Source: a virus
Reading direction: 5' to 3' (one strand)
Length of the DNA: 64,000 nt
Virus record (IMG/VR): IMGVR_UViG_3300048837_001089
Location: 5,277 to 69,276 of that record
Positions 36,655 to 45,299 of this stretch are shown piece by piece; position 1 is the stretch's first letter; every line of letters begins with the position of its first letter. Under the pieces are notes generated by a model. It saw only the letters and a list, made by a program, of their open reading frames with translations. It did no database searches and was not told the DNA's origin. The position numbers were made by a program, and so were the translations under genes.

Positions 36655-37560
36655 CTAGGCCGTGAATTTTTTTAGTTTTTCCTGCAGATTGTCATTCGCG
36701 GCCTCGACCGCCCGCTTCCCGCCCTTGCGGCGGGCGTATTCGTGCTTCATGCCTATCGTCACACCAAGGTCCGCATAATTCCGCGCCCTCCCGTGCGCCA
36801 CCGCGTCCAGCACCAGCCTGTCACGCTCGGCAAGCTCGTCAAGCGCCGCGGCCCATATCTCCCGGTCGACTATGGCGGTCGAAATGCTCTCCCATTTCGT
36901 CGCGCCGCTATCAGCGCACCGCGCTTTTTGCATGCCGAGGAAACTGTCTGCTACCTTCTGCCCGGCTGCTGGCAACCCTGGCGGGTACTTCGTCACGGGC
37001 GGCGACGGCGTATTGGCATATGCCTCGGCTAGTGCCGCCTTCCGCTGCTCATGCGTAAGGCCAGGTCCATTCCGCCGCTCCGCTGCAGCCTGCCGCCGCC
37101 GTGGCTTGACGCCAAACATATCGGCGAAATGGAGATTGCTTGCGGCCTCCTCAAACCGGTTGTTGCCGCTGCCCGCCATTCTGTCCTGTGTGTCCCTGAC
37201 CCCCAGCATTGCCCCGGCCGGCATCCGGTGCTTTACCGCAACGACTCCTCCACCGGGGGCACGCTTGTAGCCGGCCTCGTACTGCGTCCCGTCGCTAAAA
37301 CGCAGCTTGCCGATACGGACGATCTGGCCATCGGCATTGCGCTCAATATTGCCATCGCGCACATTGCGCATGATTTCGGCGACAGACGGCGTCATGCGGA
37401 TGATGCGCTCCGCCCTATATTCCGCCAATTCCTCGGGGGCGGCGACGGGTGGCTGTACTACCGACCAGTTTGTTTTCACAGGTATCGGGCGCCCTTCAGG
37501 GCGATTCTTGAAGGCCATAAGCGCCTTCAACTGGTCGGCCAATGATGCGTGGCGCCTCAT
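36655..37560 (-). CDS. Probable late transcription regulator (C-terminal sigma4-like HTH)
   Basis: ALDELAERDRLVL...YADLGVTIG; sits just before the late operon. Confidence 0.55.
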   Translation of the reverse strand: MRRHASLADQLKALMAFKNRPEGRPIPVKTNWSVVQPPVAAPEELAEYRAERIIRMTPSVAEIMRNVRDGNIERNADGQIVRIGKLRFSDGTQYEAGYKRAPGGGVVAVKHRMPAGAMLGVRDTQDRMAGSGNNRFEEAASNLHFADMFGVKPRRRQAAAERRNGPGLTHEQRKAALAEAYANTPSPPVTKYPPGLPAAGQKVADSFLGMQKARCADSGATKWESISTAIVDREIWAAALDELAERDRLVLDAVAHGRARNYADLGVTIGMKHEYARRKGGKRAVEAANDNLQEKLKKFTA

Positions 37561-37988
37561 GCCGCGGCCTCTATGCCGTCTGGGTCGTTGTCGTTGTCCG
37601 CCGGTGGGTAAAGCCGCTCCTGCTCAAGCCACCACGACAGCCCGACTGTCGCGCGCCACTCAAAATATTCCATAAGTTTCCTCGCGGCTGCCGCAGCCCC
37701 GTAGCGTGCCGCGTCTTCCGACGCCAGCTTCTTGGCCTCGGCGGCCAGGGGCTGCGTCGTTACCTCACTGTCGATTACCGAGCGCGGGGCATAGCGGACG
37801 GCGATGTCCGGGGGGATGACCGATCCGGCTTCTCTGCGGCGAAAAACCATGCTCGGGTACATGAGGGACTTGTAATACCCTTCCGGTACCGGCTGTGTCT
37901 GCGTCCATTTCGGGTAATCATTTCCCAGCCCGTATAGACCGTAATTGTCCTCGTCCAACTTCAGATTCCCATCTTGAGGGGCGTTCAT
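37557..37988 (-). CDS. Hypothetical protein
   Basis: ATGA overlap; ends ADNDNDPDGIEAAA. Confidence 0.65.
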   Translation of the reverse strand: MNAPQDGNLKLDEDNYGLYGLGNDYPKWTQTQPVPEGYYKSLMYPSMVFRRREAGSVIPPDIAVRYAPRSVIDSEVTTQPLAAEAKKLASEDAARYGAAAAARKLMEYFEWRATVGLSWWLEQERLYPPADNDNDPDGIEAAA

Positions 37989-38038
37989 TGCTTACCACAT
38001 TTAGCGACCATCTATGTCGCTACCCCAATATATAGGAT

Positions 38039-38599
38039 TTAGGCCGCTTTTCTCCCAGCCCCATTATCGTTGGCCGCCAGCCATTCGCGCACCAGCGCCA
38101 CGGCTTGCGCGGCAGCGTCCTCCGGGTCCATGGACCGGATTACCTCTACCGTGTGCCCCAGCGCGCGCAATGCCGCGTGCCGGGCCACCTGGGCCGGCGA
38201 CAGCCGCCCTCCCGTGCCGGTGGCGGGATTGCCGACCTTATTCTCGATAAACGCGCACCGGCCCATGCCGCCGTCGACGGCCGGCAGGAAGACGGTAAGG
38301 TCTGGATGGCCGGCCACCATGCCGGTGGCCTGCGCGATGGCCTGCGCCTTCGGGCCGCGCTTGCCGGCTTCCATGCCGGCCACAAAGAGCACGCCTGGAA
38401 TAGCGCGCAGTGCGCGTACCTGCGCCGCCTGCAGGTCCGACTCGAGCGGCATGGCCGGCTTGGCCGTCACCTTGCCGTCGCGGGTGGTGAGCACGACGCG
38501 CTTGCCGTTTACGCGGACGGTCTGGCGAGTGGTCTGGCGGGTGGTCTGGCGGGTGGTGGTGGGGCGCGACGAGCGCGCCCCCGTCTTGTCGGCGGTCAC
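38039..38599 (-). CDS. VRR-NUC domain nuclease
   Basis: ESDLQ, GHPDL, FIENK, GRLSPAQ. Confidence 0.88.
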   Translation of the reverse strand: MTADKTGARSSRPTTTRQTTRQTTRQTVRVNGKRVVLTTRDGKVTAKPAMPLESDLQAAQVRALRAIPGVLFVAGMEAGKRGPKAQAIAQATGMVAGHPDLTVFLPAVDGGMGRCAFIENKVGNPATGTGGRLSPAQVARHAALRALGHTVEVIRSMDPEDAAAQAVALVREWLAANDNGAGRKAA

Positions 38600-38979
38600 G
38601 CTGCGACCGCCGCTGTCGAGGCGTTGTTGTCGTTGCCCGCGGCGGCCTTCAAGCAGTCGGCCCAAGTCCATCCCGGATTACCATTCCAGAATGGCAAGGC
38701 TCTCGTGTAGAGATACCGGAACCGGCGCACGGATCGGGTGTCCGCAGCGACCTGTTTCTCGCGTAGTGCGATGACCCACTCAGCCTCATCGCGCGTCAGC
38801 GCCATGACTGCTTTTATCTTCCGACCATCGATCGTGACGGGCACGGCCAACGGCATGTCTCCGAACAAGCCGACGACAGACTGGCCGTCGGCTTCAACGC
38901 CGGCATCGATTTCGCCGCCAACCATAAGTGGCTCGATCGCGTCAGAAATAATCTGTGAGATTGACTTGAAGCTGGTCAT
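38596..38979 (-). CDS. Hypothetical protein
   Basis: Coupled to the ParB-like and VRR-NUC genes. Confidence 0.7.
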   Translation of the reverse strand: MTSFKSISQIISDAIEPLMVGGEIDAGVEADGQSVVGLFGDMPLAVPVTIDGRKIKAVMALTRDEAEWVIALREKQVAADTRSVRRFRYLYTRALPFWNGNPGWTWADCLKAAAGNDNNASTAAVAA

Positions 38980-39911
38980 GCCGCCTCCATCATCCCGGCC
39001 TCGCGGGCCGTCCATGCGGTACAGAAATCAAGGAGCCACTGCGCCGATTTGTGGATTTCGGCCACGGCGATTGCGTGCGCGAGCGACGCCGGCACGCGCC
39101 GGGCCGCACTGTTTGCATCCGGCTGCTCCGAGATGAGTTGAACGACTTCGGAGATGCGGCCGTAAATGTCGTCGTCTCCCGGCGCGCCCATCATTGCCTT
39201 GATACGCGCTGCTTCTTCCTCGGTGAAAGTTGGCGCCTCCGCCACGACCCGCTCCACCTCCTTGAGCTTGGCTTCGGCGCGCCTGTGCTCGGCTGCCGCT
39301 TTCGCAAGGTTGCCATCGGCCACGGCTTGCCGTTGTGCATCTGCGTCCATGAACCGGGTAGCCTGGGCCGCCGCGCTGACCGACACCTTGCCCTCCTCCA
39401 CGGCGGCGGCAAGTTCGGGAGTGGCCGTGGCTTGGACCTGTTTGGCTGTGGCAACGGAGCGCGGAGCCACATTGAGCATTTCAGCGGCTTTGGATTGCGA
39501 AACTTGTGGCGCATCGGTTTGCAAATTTGCAGAGCGATAAGTAGCGCCGCCCAAGGGCATATTCGCCAACCTGGCCGCCACCATTGCCCGCTGACTTTCC
39601 GACAGATGGCGACGCTTAAGGTTCAACGACACCACAAAGGCAAGCGGGTCAGGACCGGTGTAGTATTTCGTCTCGTAGGAAATGCCTGCGGCACGGGCAG
39701 CACGATGCCTGTTGCGGCCATCCAGTATCTTGCCCTGATAGAGCCAGACCGGCTCGCGCACACCGTGCGTGGCCACGTCGGCGACCAGGTCGTCAAACTC
39801 CCCGCCTTCGATAAGGGGGAAAAGGTTCGCGTATTCGTGGAACTCGTAGTCTTGCTGCACCACCATCTGCGCAGGCTCAATCGCATTCACAATTTCAGTG
39901 ATAGTCGCCAC
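38976..39911 (-). CDS. ParB N-terminal domain protein with HTH
   Basis: LVADVATHGVREPV, ILDGRNRHRA, NLKRRHL, AAEMLNVAPRSV. Confidence 0.85.
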   Translation of the reverse strand: MATITEIVNAIEPAQMVVQQDYEFHEYANLFPLIEGGEFDDLVADVATHGVREPVWLYQGKILDGRNRHRAARAAGISYETKYYTGPDPLAFVVSLNLKRRHLSESQRAMVAARLANMPLGGATYRSANLQTDAPQVSQSKAAEMLNVAPRSVATAKQVQATATPELAAAVEEGKVSVSAAAQATRFMDADAQRQAVADGNLAKAAAEHRRAEAKLKEVERVVAEAPTFTEEEAARIKAMMGAPGDDDIYGRISEVVQLISEQPDANSAARRVPASLAHAIAVAEIHKSAQWLLDFCTAWTAREAGMMEAA

Positions 39912-40041
39912 AATGGCTCTCCATCCTGATTTCATTCCGGGGTTGCGGTGTGCTTGGCTGGCGCCTCCTGTTTTCGGGGTATGCCCATATATTGGTTTTC
40001 AGCGGCGATGCCGGAGTGGCATTCTTTTGGCCGGGCAAAAC

Positions 40042-40318
40042 CGATCGGAAATAGATTCATACCCCCCCCCTTATTTTTGGCCTGTTTTTCATAGTTTTGT
40101 TGATTCCATTTCCGATCGACATATATAGAAGAATAAGTAATTGATATTATTGAGTTATTCGCGAAACCGATCGGAAAAACGTCATTTCCGATCGCTAAAA
40201 ACTCAATGAAATCAATGGTGTTTTTCAGGTCGATCGGAAATGAGTTTTTCCGATCGACCTCATTTTCGGGTCGATCGGAAATTTTTCGGCCCATTTTTTT
40301 CCGATCGATTTCCGATCG
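40042..40318. repeat. Iteron cluster, probable replication origin
   Basis: Nine copies of TTTCCGATCG in both orientations in an AT-rich gap after the primase; IHF consensus at 40135-40147. Confidence 0.75.
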
Positions 40319-40329
40319 ACTGCCTGTTT

Positions 40330-42675
40330 TCAGGCGGCCTCTTTGTCGCCTTCCGTTGGTGTCGGGGCGTATTTCGACAGGTACAATATGCTGCTCTTCC
40401 TGCCGCCTTTGGGGGGCGTCACATGGACGTCGACTATCTCTTCCGCGTCGATCAGAAGGTTGATAACGTCCTCACCGCGTCGCTTGTCCAGCCGCCCATT
40501 GAGCCGTTTGAGCAGGTACGACCTCGGCATGCCGCCCCGCTTTCCTTCGCCCACGATGGCCCTCACAAGCTTGTATTCGGCCTGCCTGTCGTTGTCGGCC
40601 ACGTAGCGCTCGGCTTGCTCCAGGAGCATTTTGCAGGACTGCCTGGATACGTCGGACGCCCATTGCATGATGTCGGCTGTTAACTCCGGCCTTTCGGGGT
40701 CAACGCCGACAGCCACGATGGTGGCTATGCGCATGGCATTCTCGGCGACGCGGGCATACACAGGCTCGTGCTCGGTGTCCGCATCGTCCATGATCGCGAA
40801 CATCTCATTCACAAACGCATCGAACACCTTCTGCGCGCCCCTTCCCCAAACTACGGGGACGGGGACGATGCTCTTGGTCCCGTCTGACAGCATCCCATTC
40901 AGGTCACCGCCGTTTCTGTGGTTTACGAGAGCCTGCACCCGCTGCTTGAGGTCTCTTGGCGGCAGGCTGGTCTTTCGGGGCGGGTGCCGCGGCTTTGGGC
41001 GGCTTGTCCCCGCATCCAGCACGATAAAGCGCGGCAGGAATCCGTCCATTATGGACCCGCTCCCCAGCGCCTTCCAAAAGGCGTCGGGGGTCGATGTACC
41101 AAAGATGCACACATTCGGGTTGTAGATCGGCTCCGCCAGGTTTTGTGCGTAGTCCGCGCCCATAAAGACAGACGCAGCCGTGCCCGTCATTTCCAGCAGG
41201 TCTTCCGCAATCTCTTTTTCATGGTTACCGGACTTGGGCGACGTGACCTTGCGCATGAAGCCGCCAAACTCGTCGATCATGTAGACAAGCGTCGGGTTGG
41301 CCTTTACGCGATTGCGCAAGCCTGACGACGACGCGATCTTGTTACCGCCGAAGAATTTCTTGAGGGTTTCGCTCGCCCCTGCCAACGACTTGATGGCTGC
41401 GCGGGGGTGCTCCTTACCGAAACCGGACGGGGCCAACCCCACGATATAGACGTTTGTTCGCAGTCCGGTCGGGCCTTCGTACCGTCGGCCGGCGAGCGCG
41501 CCCACATAGGCCAGCGCCGCGCCGAGGTTAAGAAGTGGAGATGGATTGCGTGCGGTATCGTTTAGCCACTTGACGATATCGCCCACCAGGCCCGGAACAT
41601 CCGTGAGCGTCCCGGTCGTTTTGAATGGGACAATAGTGGTGTCTTCCTCCCCTGCCGCGTGAGCGACAACGGCGTCTTCGGACAGCTCGATCGGCGCGAT
41701 GGCCGGCGGCTCACCTTTCCTGCCGTCCTTGCCCGCCGCTACCGCGCGCTCCACCATTTCCTGCAAGAGGCCTATATCTGAACTATAGGCGTCCTGCTCC
41801 ACCGGCCGGTGCTTGCGCGAAATGGCGGAAAGGTCGGCCCCGCCTTGCCGGGCGAGTTCTGCCAAGGAGCCGAGATTGACGCCGCCGGTTGAGGCGAACC
41901 CCTTCCACTTCTTGGCAACCTCTCCCGGCTTGTACTTCTTCCCGCGCGAACTCCACGAGTCGGCCACGGACAGTCCATCGGCACCTAACGCCGAGTGAAC
42001 GGCCATAAGGGCCGCCACCCAATCCTGGTAGGCGCAGTCCGGGCTGACATAAGAAAGCATTTCGTCGATTTCGGCTGCCGTGGCACTTTCGGCCCGCCGG
42101 TCCTGAGCGAATTGCGTGGGCGTGTGCTTGGGCTTTAGAAGCAGGTCAAGCAGCCAGCTGGGGGCGTCGGCGATCGGCTCATCGTTGAGCCATCTGTAGT
42201 TGCGGCCGTCCTCCATGACGCTGCCCGGCGCAATGTAGTACCCGCCCTCCCCCCTTGTTTCCACGCCGGACGCGATGTCTGCGTTGCGAATGCCGTGGAC
42301 ATGCTTGAAGAGATAATGAAGTCCACCGCTGCCGGTCTCGGCCGATCGCGTTTTGAGTGGCCCGTACTTCTCTTCCATGGCGCGCAGCCACGGGCGGCCG
42401 TCCTCATGCTTTGGCGGCACGTCGATATCGAGCACCCAAAATCCGCTGCGCTCTCCCGTCGGGACGCCGATCAGCGCGTTGGGGTATTTGTCCCAAAGGA
42501 TTCCGATAATGCGTTCTGACGTGGTCGAGCCGCGAAACCCGTTGGACGTTAGCGGCGATTTTTCTGACAGGACCTCTCCCGTCTCTACATCAAAGTCGTC
42601 GGCCGGGCGGCACGGGAAAACCGGGATGCCCTGCTTTGCGTAAGACAGGGCGACCGAAAGCGGGGACGTGGTCAT
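40330..42675 (-). CDS. Bifunctional primase-polymerase with PriCT-2 and C-terminal helicase-like domain
   Basis: PVFPC, VLDID, TGSGGLH, RGEGGY; YQDW...W; GLAPSGFGKE, IDEFG. Confidence 0.9.
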   Translation of the reverse strand: MTTSPLSVALSYAKQGIPVFPCRPADDFDVETGEVLSEKSPLTSNGFRGSTTSERIIGILWDKYPNALIGVPTGERSGFWVLDIDVPPKHEDGRPWLRAMEEKYGPLKTRSAETGSGGLHYLFKHVHGIRNADIASGVETRGEGGYYIAPGSVMEDGRNYRWLNDEPIADAPSWLLDLLLKPKHTPTQFAQDRRAESATAAEIDEMLSYVSPDCAYQDWVAALMAVHSALGADGLSVADSWSSRGKKYKPGEVAKKWKGFASTGGVNLGSLAELARQGGADLSAISRKHRPVEQDAYSSDIGLLQEMVERAVAAGKDGRKGEPPAIAPIELSEDAVVAHAAGEEDTTIVPFKTTGTLTDVPGLVGDIVKWLNDTARNPSPLLNLGAALAYVGALAGRRYEGPTGLRTNVYIVGLAPSGFGKEHPRAAIKSLAGASETLKKFFGGNKIASSSGLRNRVKANPTLVYMIDEFGGFMRKVTSPKSGNHEKEIAEDLLEMTGTAASVFMGADYAQNLAEPIYNPNVCIFGTSTPDAFWKALGSGSIMDGFLPRFIVLDAGTSRPKPRHPPRKTSLPPRDLKQRVQALVNHRNGGDLNGMLSDGTKSIVPVPVVWGRGAQKVFDAFVNEMFAIMDDADTEHEPVYARVAENAMRIATIVAVGVDPERPELTADIMQWASDVSRQSCKMLLEQAERYVADNDRQAEYKLVRAIVGEGKRGGMPRSYLLKRLNGRLDKRRGEDVINLLIDAEEIVDVHVTPPKGGRKSSILYLSKYAPTPTEGDKEAA

Positions 42676-43142
42676 GATGCCCTCCTGGTGGCTGACATAT
42701 GCGGGGTGACGACTCGGTGCCATTCCATATGACACGCACGGCAGAGATGGCTTTTGGGCCACCGCTCCGAGTCTTCAAAGAGATAAGACGGCGCCCAATG
42801 ATGGACTTCAGAACCGTTCAGCGACCCGCAGCGCTCGCACGGTACGACGTCGTGCTCTGTTATGAATGGTATGCGGGAGTCATCCAGATGCTTGACGTCG
42901 CCGTGGGGCAAATCGGAGCCCCGCCCGCCGCAATCCAGGTAATAGGCTTTGTATTGTATCGCGCCGCTGGCGCACCGCACCTTCCCGAGCGCGACAACTT
43001 CGCTGCTTTGGGTGCACTTGTATCTGTGCCGCGGTCGCTTGTTCCAGGGCAAGTCAAGGGAGGATGCGGTGTAGAGTTCAACCCCGACCGAAAGCGGGGT
43101 GGCAGAGCCGACCGCGACCGGCGCGCTGGATGTAGGCTGCAC
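42672..43142 (-). CDS. Zn-binding, HNH-like small protein (start uncertain)
   Basis: CERC...HH...LCRACHMEWH. Confidence 0.5.
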   Translation of the reverse strand: MQPTSSAPVAVGSATPLSVGVELYTASSLDLPWNKRPRHRYKCTQSSEVVALGKVRCASGAIQYKAYYLDCGGRGSDLPHGDVKHLDDSRIPFITEHDVVPCERCGSLNGSEVHHWAPSYLFEDSERWPKSHLCRACHMEWHRVVTPHMSATRRAS

Positions 43143-43181
43143 GTTGGCTGCCTCCTGTTTGTATGCGTTGGGTGCGGGCGC

Positions 43182-43517
43182 CTAAAACGGTGCGCTGTCA
43201 CGAATGGCTGCCCGCAGTGCGTTGCCGTAGCCTTGCACGACGGTCTTCCAGAGCATACGGCGAGTCACGTCGTCCATGGCCGCCATGTCGGTGCCGTGGT
43301 CGGCCGCGAACTCGCCGGCTATGTCGTCGACCTTATCAAGCGCGCGGAGCTGGTAGGCATCCATCCGCTTGACGCGCTTGATGTCCTCGATGATGAGGCT
43401 GCAATCGGCACATATCCAACGCGGGTCGCGGTCGCGGTTGTGCGTGAAGCCGATACCGATGCCAATGGCCTTGTCGCCACACACGTGGCAGATGTCGGGG
43501 GCGTGGGGGTCAGGCAT
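43182..43517 (-). CDS. Zn-finger hypothetical protein
   Basis: CHVC...CADC; ends APF. Confidence 0.7.
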   Translation of the reverse strand: MPDPHAPDICHVCGDKAIGIGIGFTHNRDRDPRWICADCSLIIEDIKRVKRMDAYQLRALDKVDDIAGEFAADHGTDMAAMDDVTRRMLWKTVVQGYGNALRAAIRDSAPF

Positions 43518-43552
43518 TGCGACGCTCCCGTATCCTGAATCCAAATCCGCCC

Positions 43553-43825
43553 CTACCCGCCATTATTCCTCCGTCCGTTCTGGTCGGCGAAGTGGCCGTA
43601 TATTTTGCGGCCTTCACCCCGTGCCCCCCCCCCCGCTTCGGCGCCGCCAAACAGCGGGAGGTTGTCGTTGTCGGCCTGCTTGATGGCTCGCGCTTTTCGA
43701 GTTGCGGGACCGGCATCGGCAAGGCGAAGCCGCTCGGCAATGTCGGCCTGGTATTCCGGTTCGCGTTCTATGAGGATACAGCGCATACCTTCCCGCCACG
43801 CAGCTTCGCCTGTGCCGCCGCCTCC
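43553..43825 (-). pseudogene. 3' remnant of an N4/N6 DNA methyltransferase
   Basis: Frame reads *GGGGTGEAAWREGMRCILIEREPEYQADI, the tail of a beta-class SAM-binding region, with a stop immediately upstream. Confidence 0.7.
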
Positions 43826-44085
43826 CTATACCGCGCCGGCTGCTTCGACTGCACCAGCGCGTAAAGCGCGTCCAGATTGGCGTCGTCGAGCCGCAGTATG
43901 GCCGCGCACGGGTCGTTGAAGAACGCAAGGCGCTGTTCCGCCGTCATGAACGGCAGGTCGCTGGTTTCGAGATTATGCAGGATCGCGAACACGTTGCGGA
44001 AGGCGTTGGGGCCGTGCGAGGGGCCGTGCGATGGGCCGTGCGTGCTGTGGGTGCTGTCCGAAGTTTGTATAACATTTATGGTCAC
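43768..44085 (-). CDS. Hypothetical protein
   Basis: Coupled start; HGPS tandem repeats. Confidence 0.6.
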   Translation of the reverse strand: MTINVIQTSDSTHSTHGPSHGPSHGPNAFRNVFAILHNLETSDLPFMTAEQRLAFFNDPCAAILRLDDANLDALYALVQSKQPARYREAAAQAKLRGGKVCAVSS

Positions 44086-44324
44086 TGCAAGACCTCCCGA
44101 AGATCGTAGCCTTCACGAAAACTGTTGTAGATGGCGCCATCACTATCCGTGAAAGTAACGGCGTCGAGTCCATCCAGCCTGCCTCGCTGGTATTCGGCGC
44201 GGGCATGGTCGAGGAGCTTGTCGACTATGTTCAGCTTGATGGCTTCGCGGGTGACGTCGTCAAAGTCGCATTGGCTGGCGGTAGCGGCGTTATCGATCAG
44301 CCGCGCTATGTCTCTTGAGTCCAT
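44082..44324 (-). CDS. Hypothetical protein
   Basis: Coupled overlaps. Confidence 0.65.
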   Translation of the reverse strand: MDSRDIARLIDNAATASQCDFDDVTREAIKLNIVDKLLDHARAEYQRGRLDGLDAVTFTDSDGAIYNSFREGYDLREVLQ

Positions 44325-45046
44325 CACGCTGCCTTCCTGTCTTCCCACACCTTGAATCCCGGCACGCTTCGCGCTCCACCGCGCACGGCCTCATTCGCCA
44401 TCTGCTGCACCAACTCGGTAAACCGCCCCGGCGCTCGGCCATAAGCCCAATCCAGCGCAATCTCGGCGTCTACCAGATCGGCAATCCAGTATGATCGCAG
44501 CCCCGTGCCCGTCGTGGCGGCGCGGTCTGCCCGCTTTGCAAAGCGCTCCTGCTGCTTTGCGGCGTGCGCCAGTTCCTCGGCTCGCTCTCGCGCTTCCAAG
44601 TCGCCGCGGCTCGCCTGCATGGCTGCCTGCGCCTCACGCGCGATGCGGTCGGCTTCTTCTCTGGCGGCTCTGGCTGTGGCCTCCTTCTCGGCTGCTATCT
44701 TGTTCCGCCAAGGTGTCAGCAGCGCGCCAAGCGCCTCCTTGCCAAGCACAACCTTGCCCTTCACGGACTTGGTGTTGCCAATCAGGAGATTGTATTTTTC
44801 CTGAATGGCGGCCTTGGCTTCGTCATGCGGGCGGGCTTCTTCCTTGCGGGCTTCGTCGGCTCGCTTGCCGGCTTCATGCAGTAGGTCGTACAGCTTTTCT
44901 ATTTCGTCGTGCTGCTGCTGGTTGCCGATGGGCTCTCCGTCCGCCCAATTTTTCGCCTCTCCGTAAAGGTCATCAATTTCGGTGCGGATTGTCTCGTAAG
45001 GGTCAAGTTCCGGGCCGCCGTTGTGGCCGATGTTACTGCTGGTCAT
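44324..45046 (-). CDS. Coiled-coil phage protein
   Basis: IGHNGGP motif, long helix, C-terminal VPGFKV. Confidence 0.75.
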   Translation of the reverse strand: MTSSNIGHNGGPELDPYETIRTEIDDLYGEAKNWADGEPIGNQQQHDEIEKLYDLLHEAGKRADEARKEEARPHDEAKAAIQEKYNLLIGNTKSVKGKVVLGKEALGALLTPWRNKIAAEKEATARAAREEADRIAREAQAAMQASRGDLEARERAEELAHAAKQQERFAKRADRAATTGTGLRSYWIADLVDAEIALDWAYGRAPGRFTELVQQMANEAVRGGARSVPGFKVWEDRKAA

Positions 45047-45104
45047 GTTAGTACTCCCAATCAGCGGCCTCGCCGCTGCCAATTTGCGTGTCATATCTGG
45101 CCGC

Positions 45105-45299
45105 CTACGCGGCACGCTTCAGCCCAAGGCGCACGTTTTCCAGCGCCTCGTAATAGGCGTCCTTCTGCGCCCGCTGGATTGCGTCTTCGCGCACGACGAT
45201 CCAGCCTGCTGCACGCAGGGCCTTCATGGCGTCGGCGCCGATGATGGCGGCTGGCGTGCCAGGCGTGTATGCCGTGGCCGTCTCAGAATGGGATTGCAT
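45105..45299 (-). CDS. Hypothetical protein
   Basis: Overlaps the helicase stop. Confidence 0.55.
   Translation of the reverse strand: MQSHSETATAYTPGTPAAIIGADAMKALRAAGWIVVREDAIQRAQKDAYYEALENVRLGLKRAA

Noticed and set aside
39932-40294. 120-aa ORF over the iteron field
   Set aside because: Low-complexity translation of AT-rich repeats; better explained as an origin
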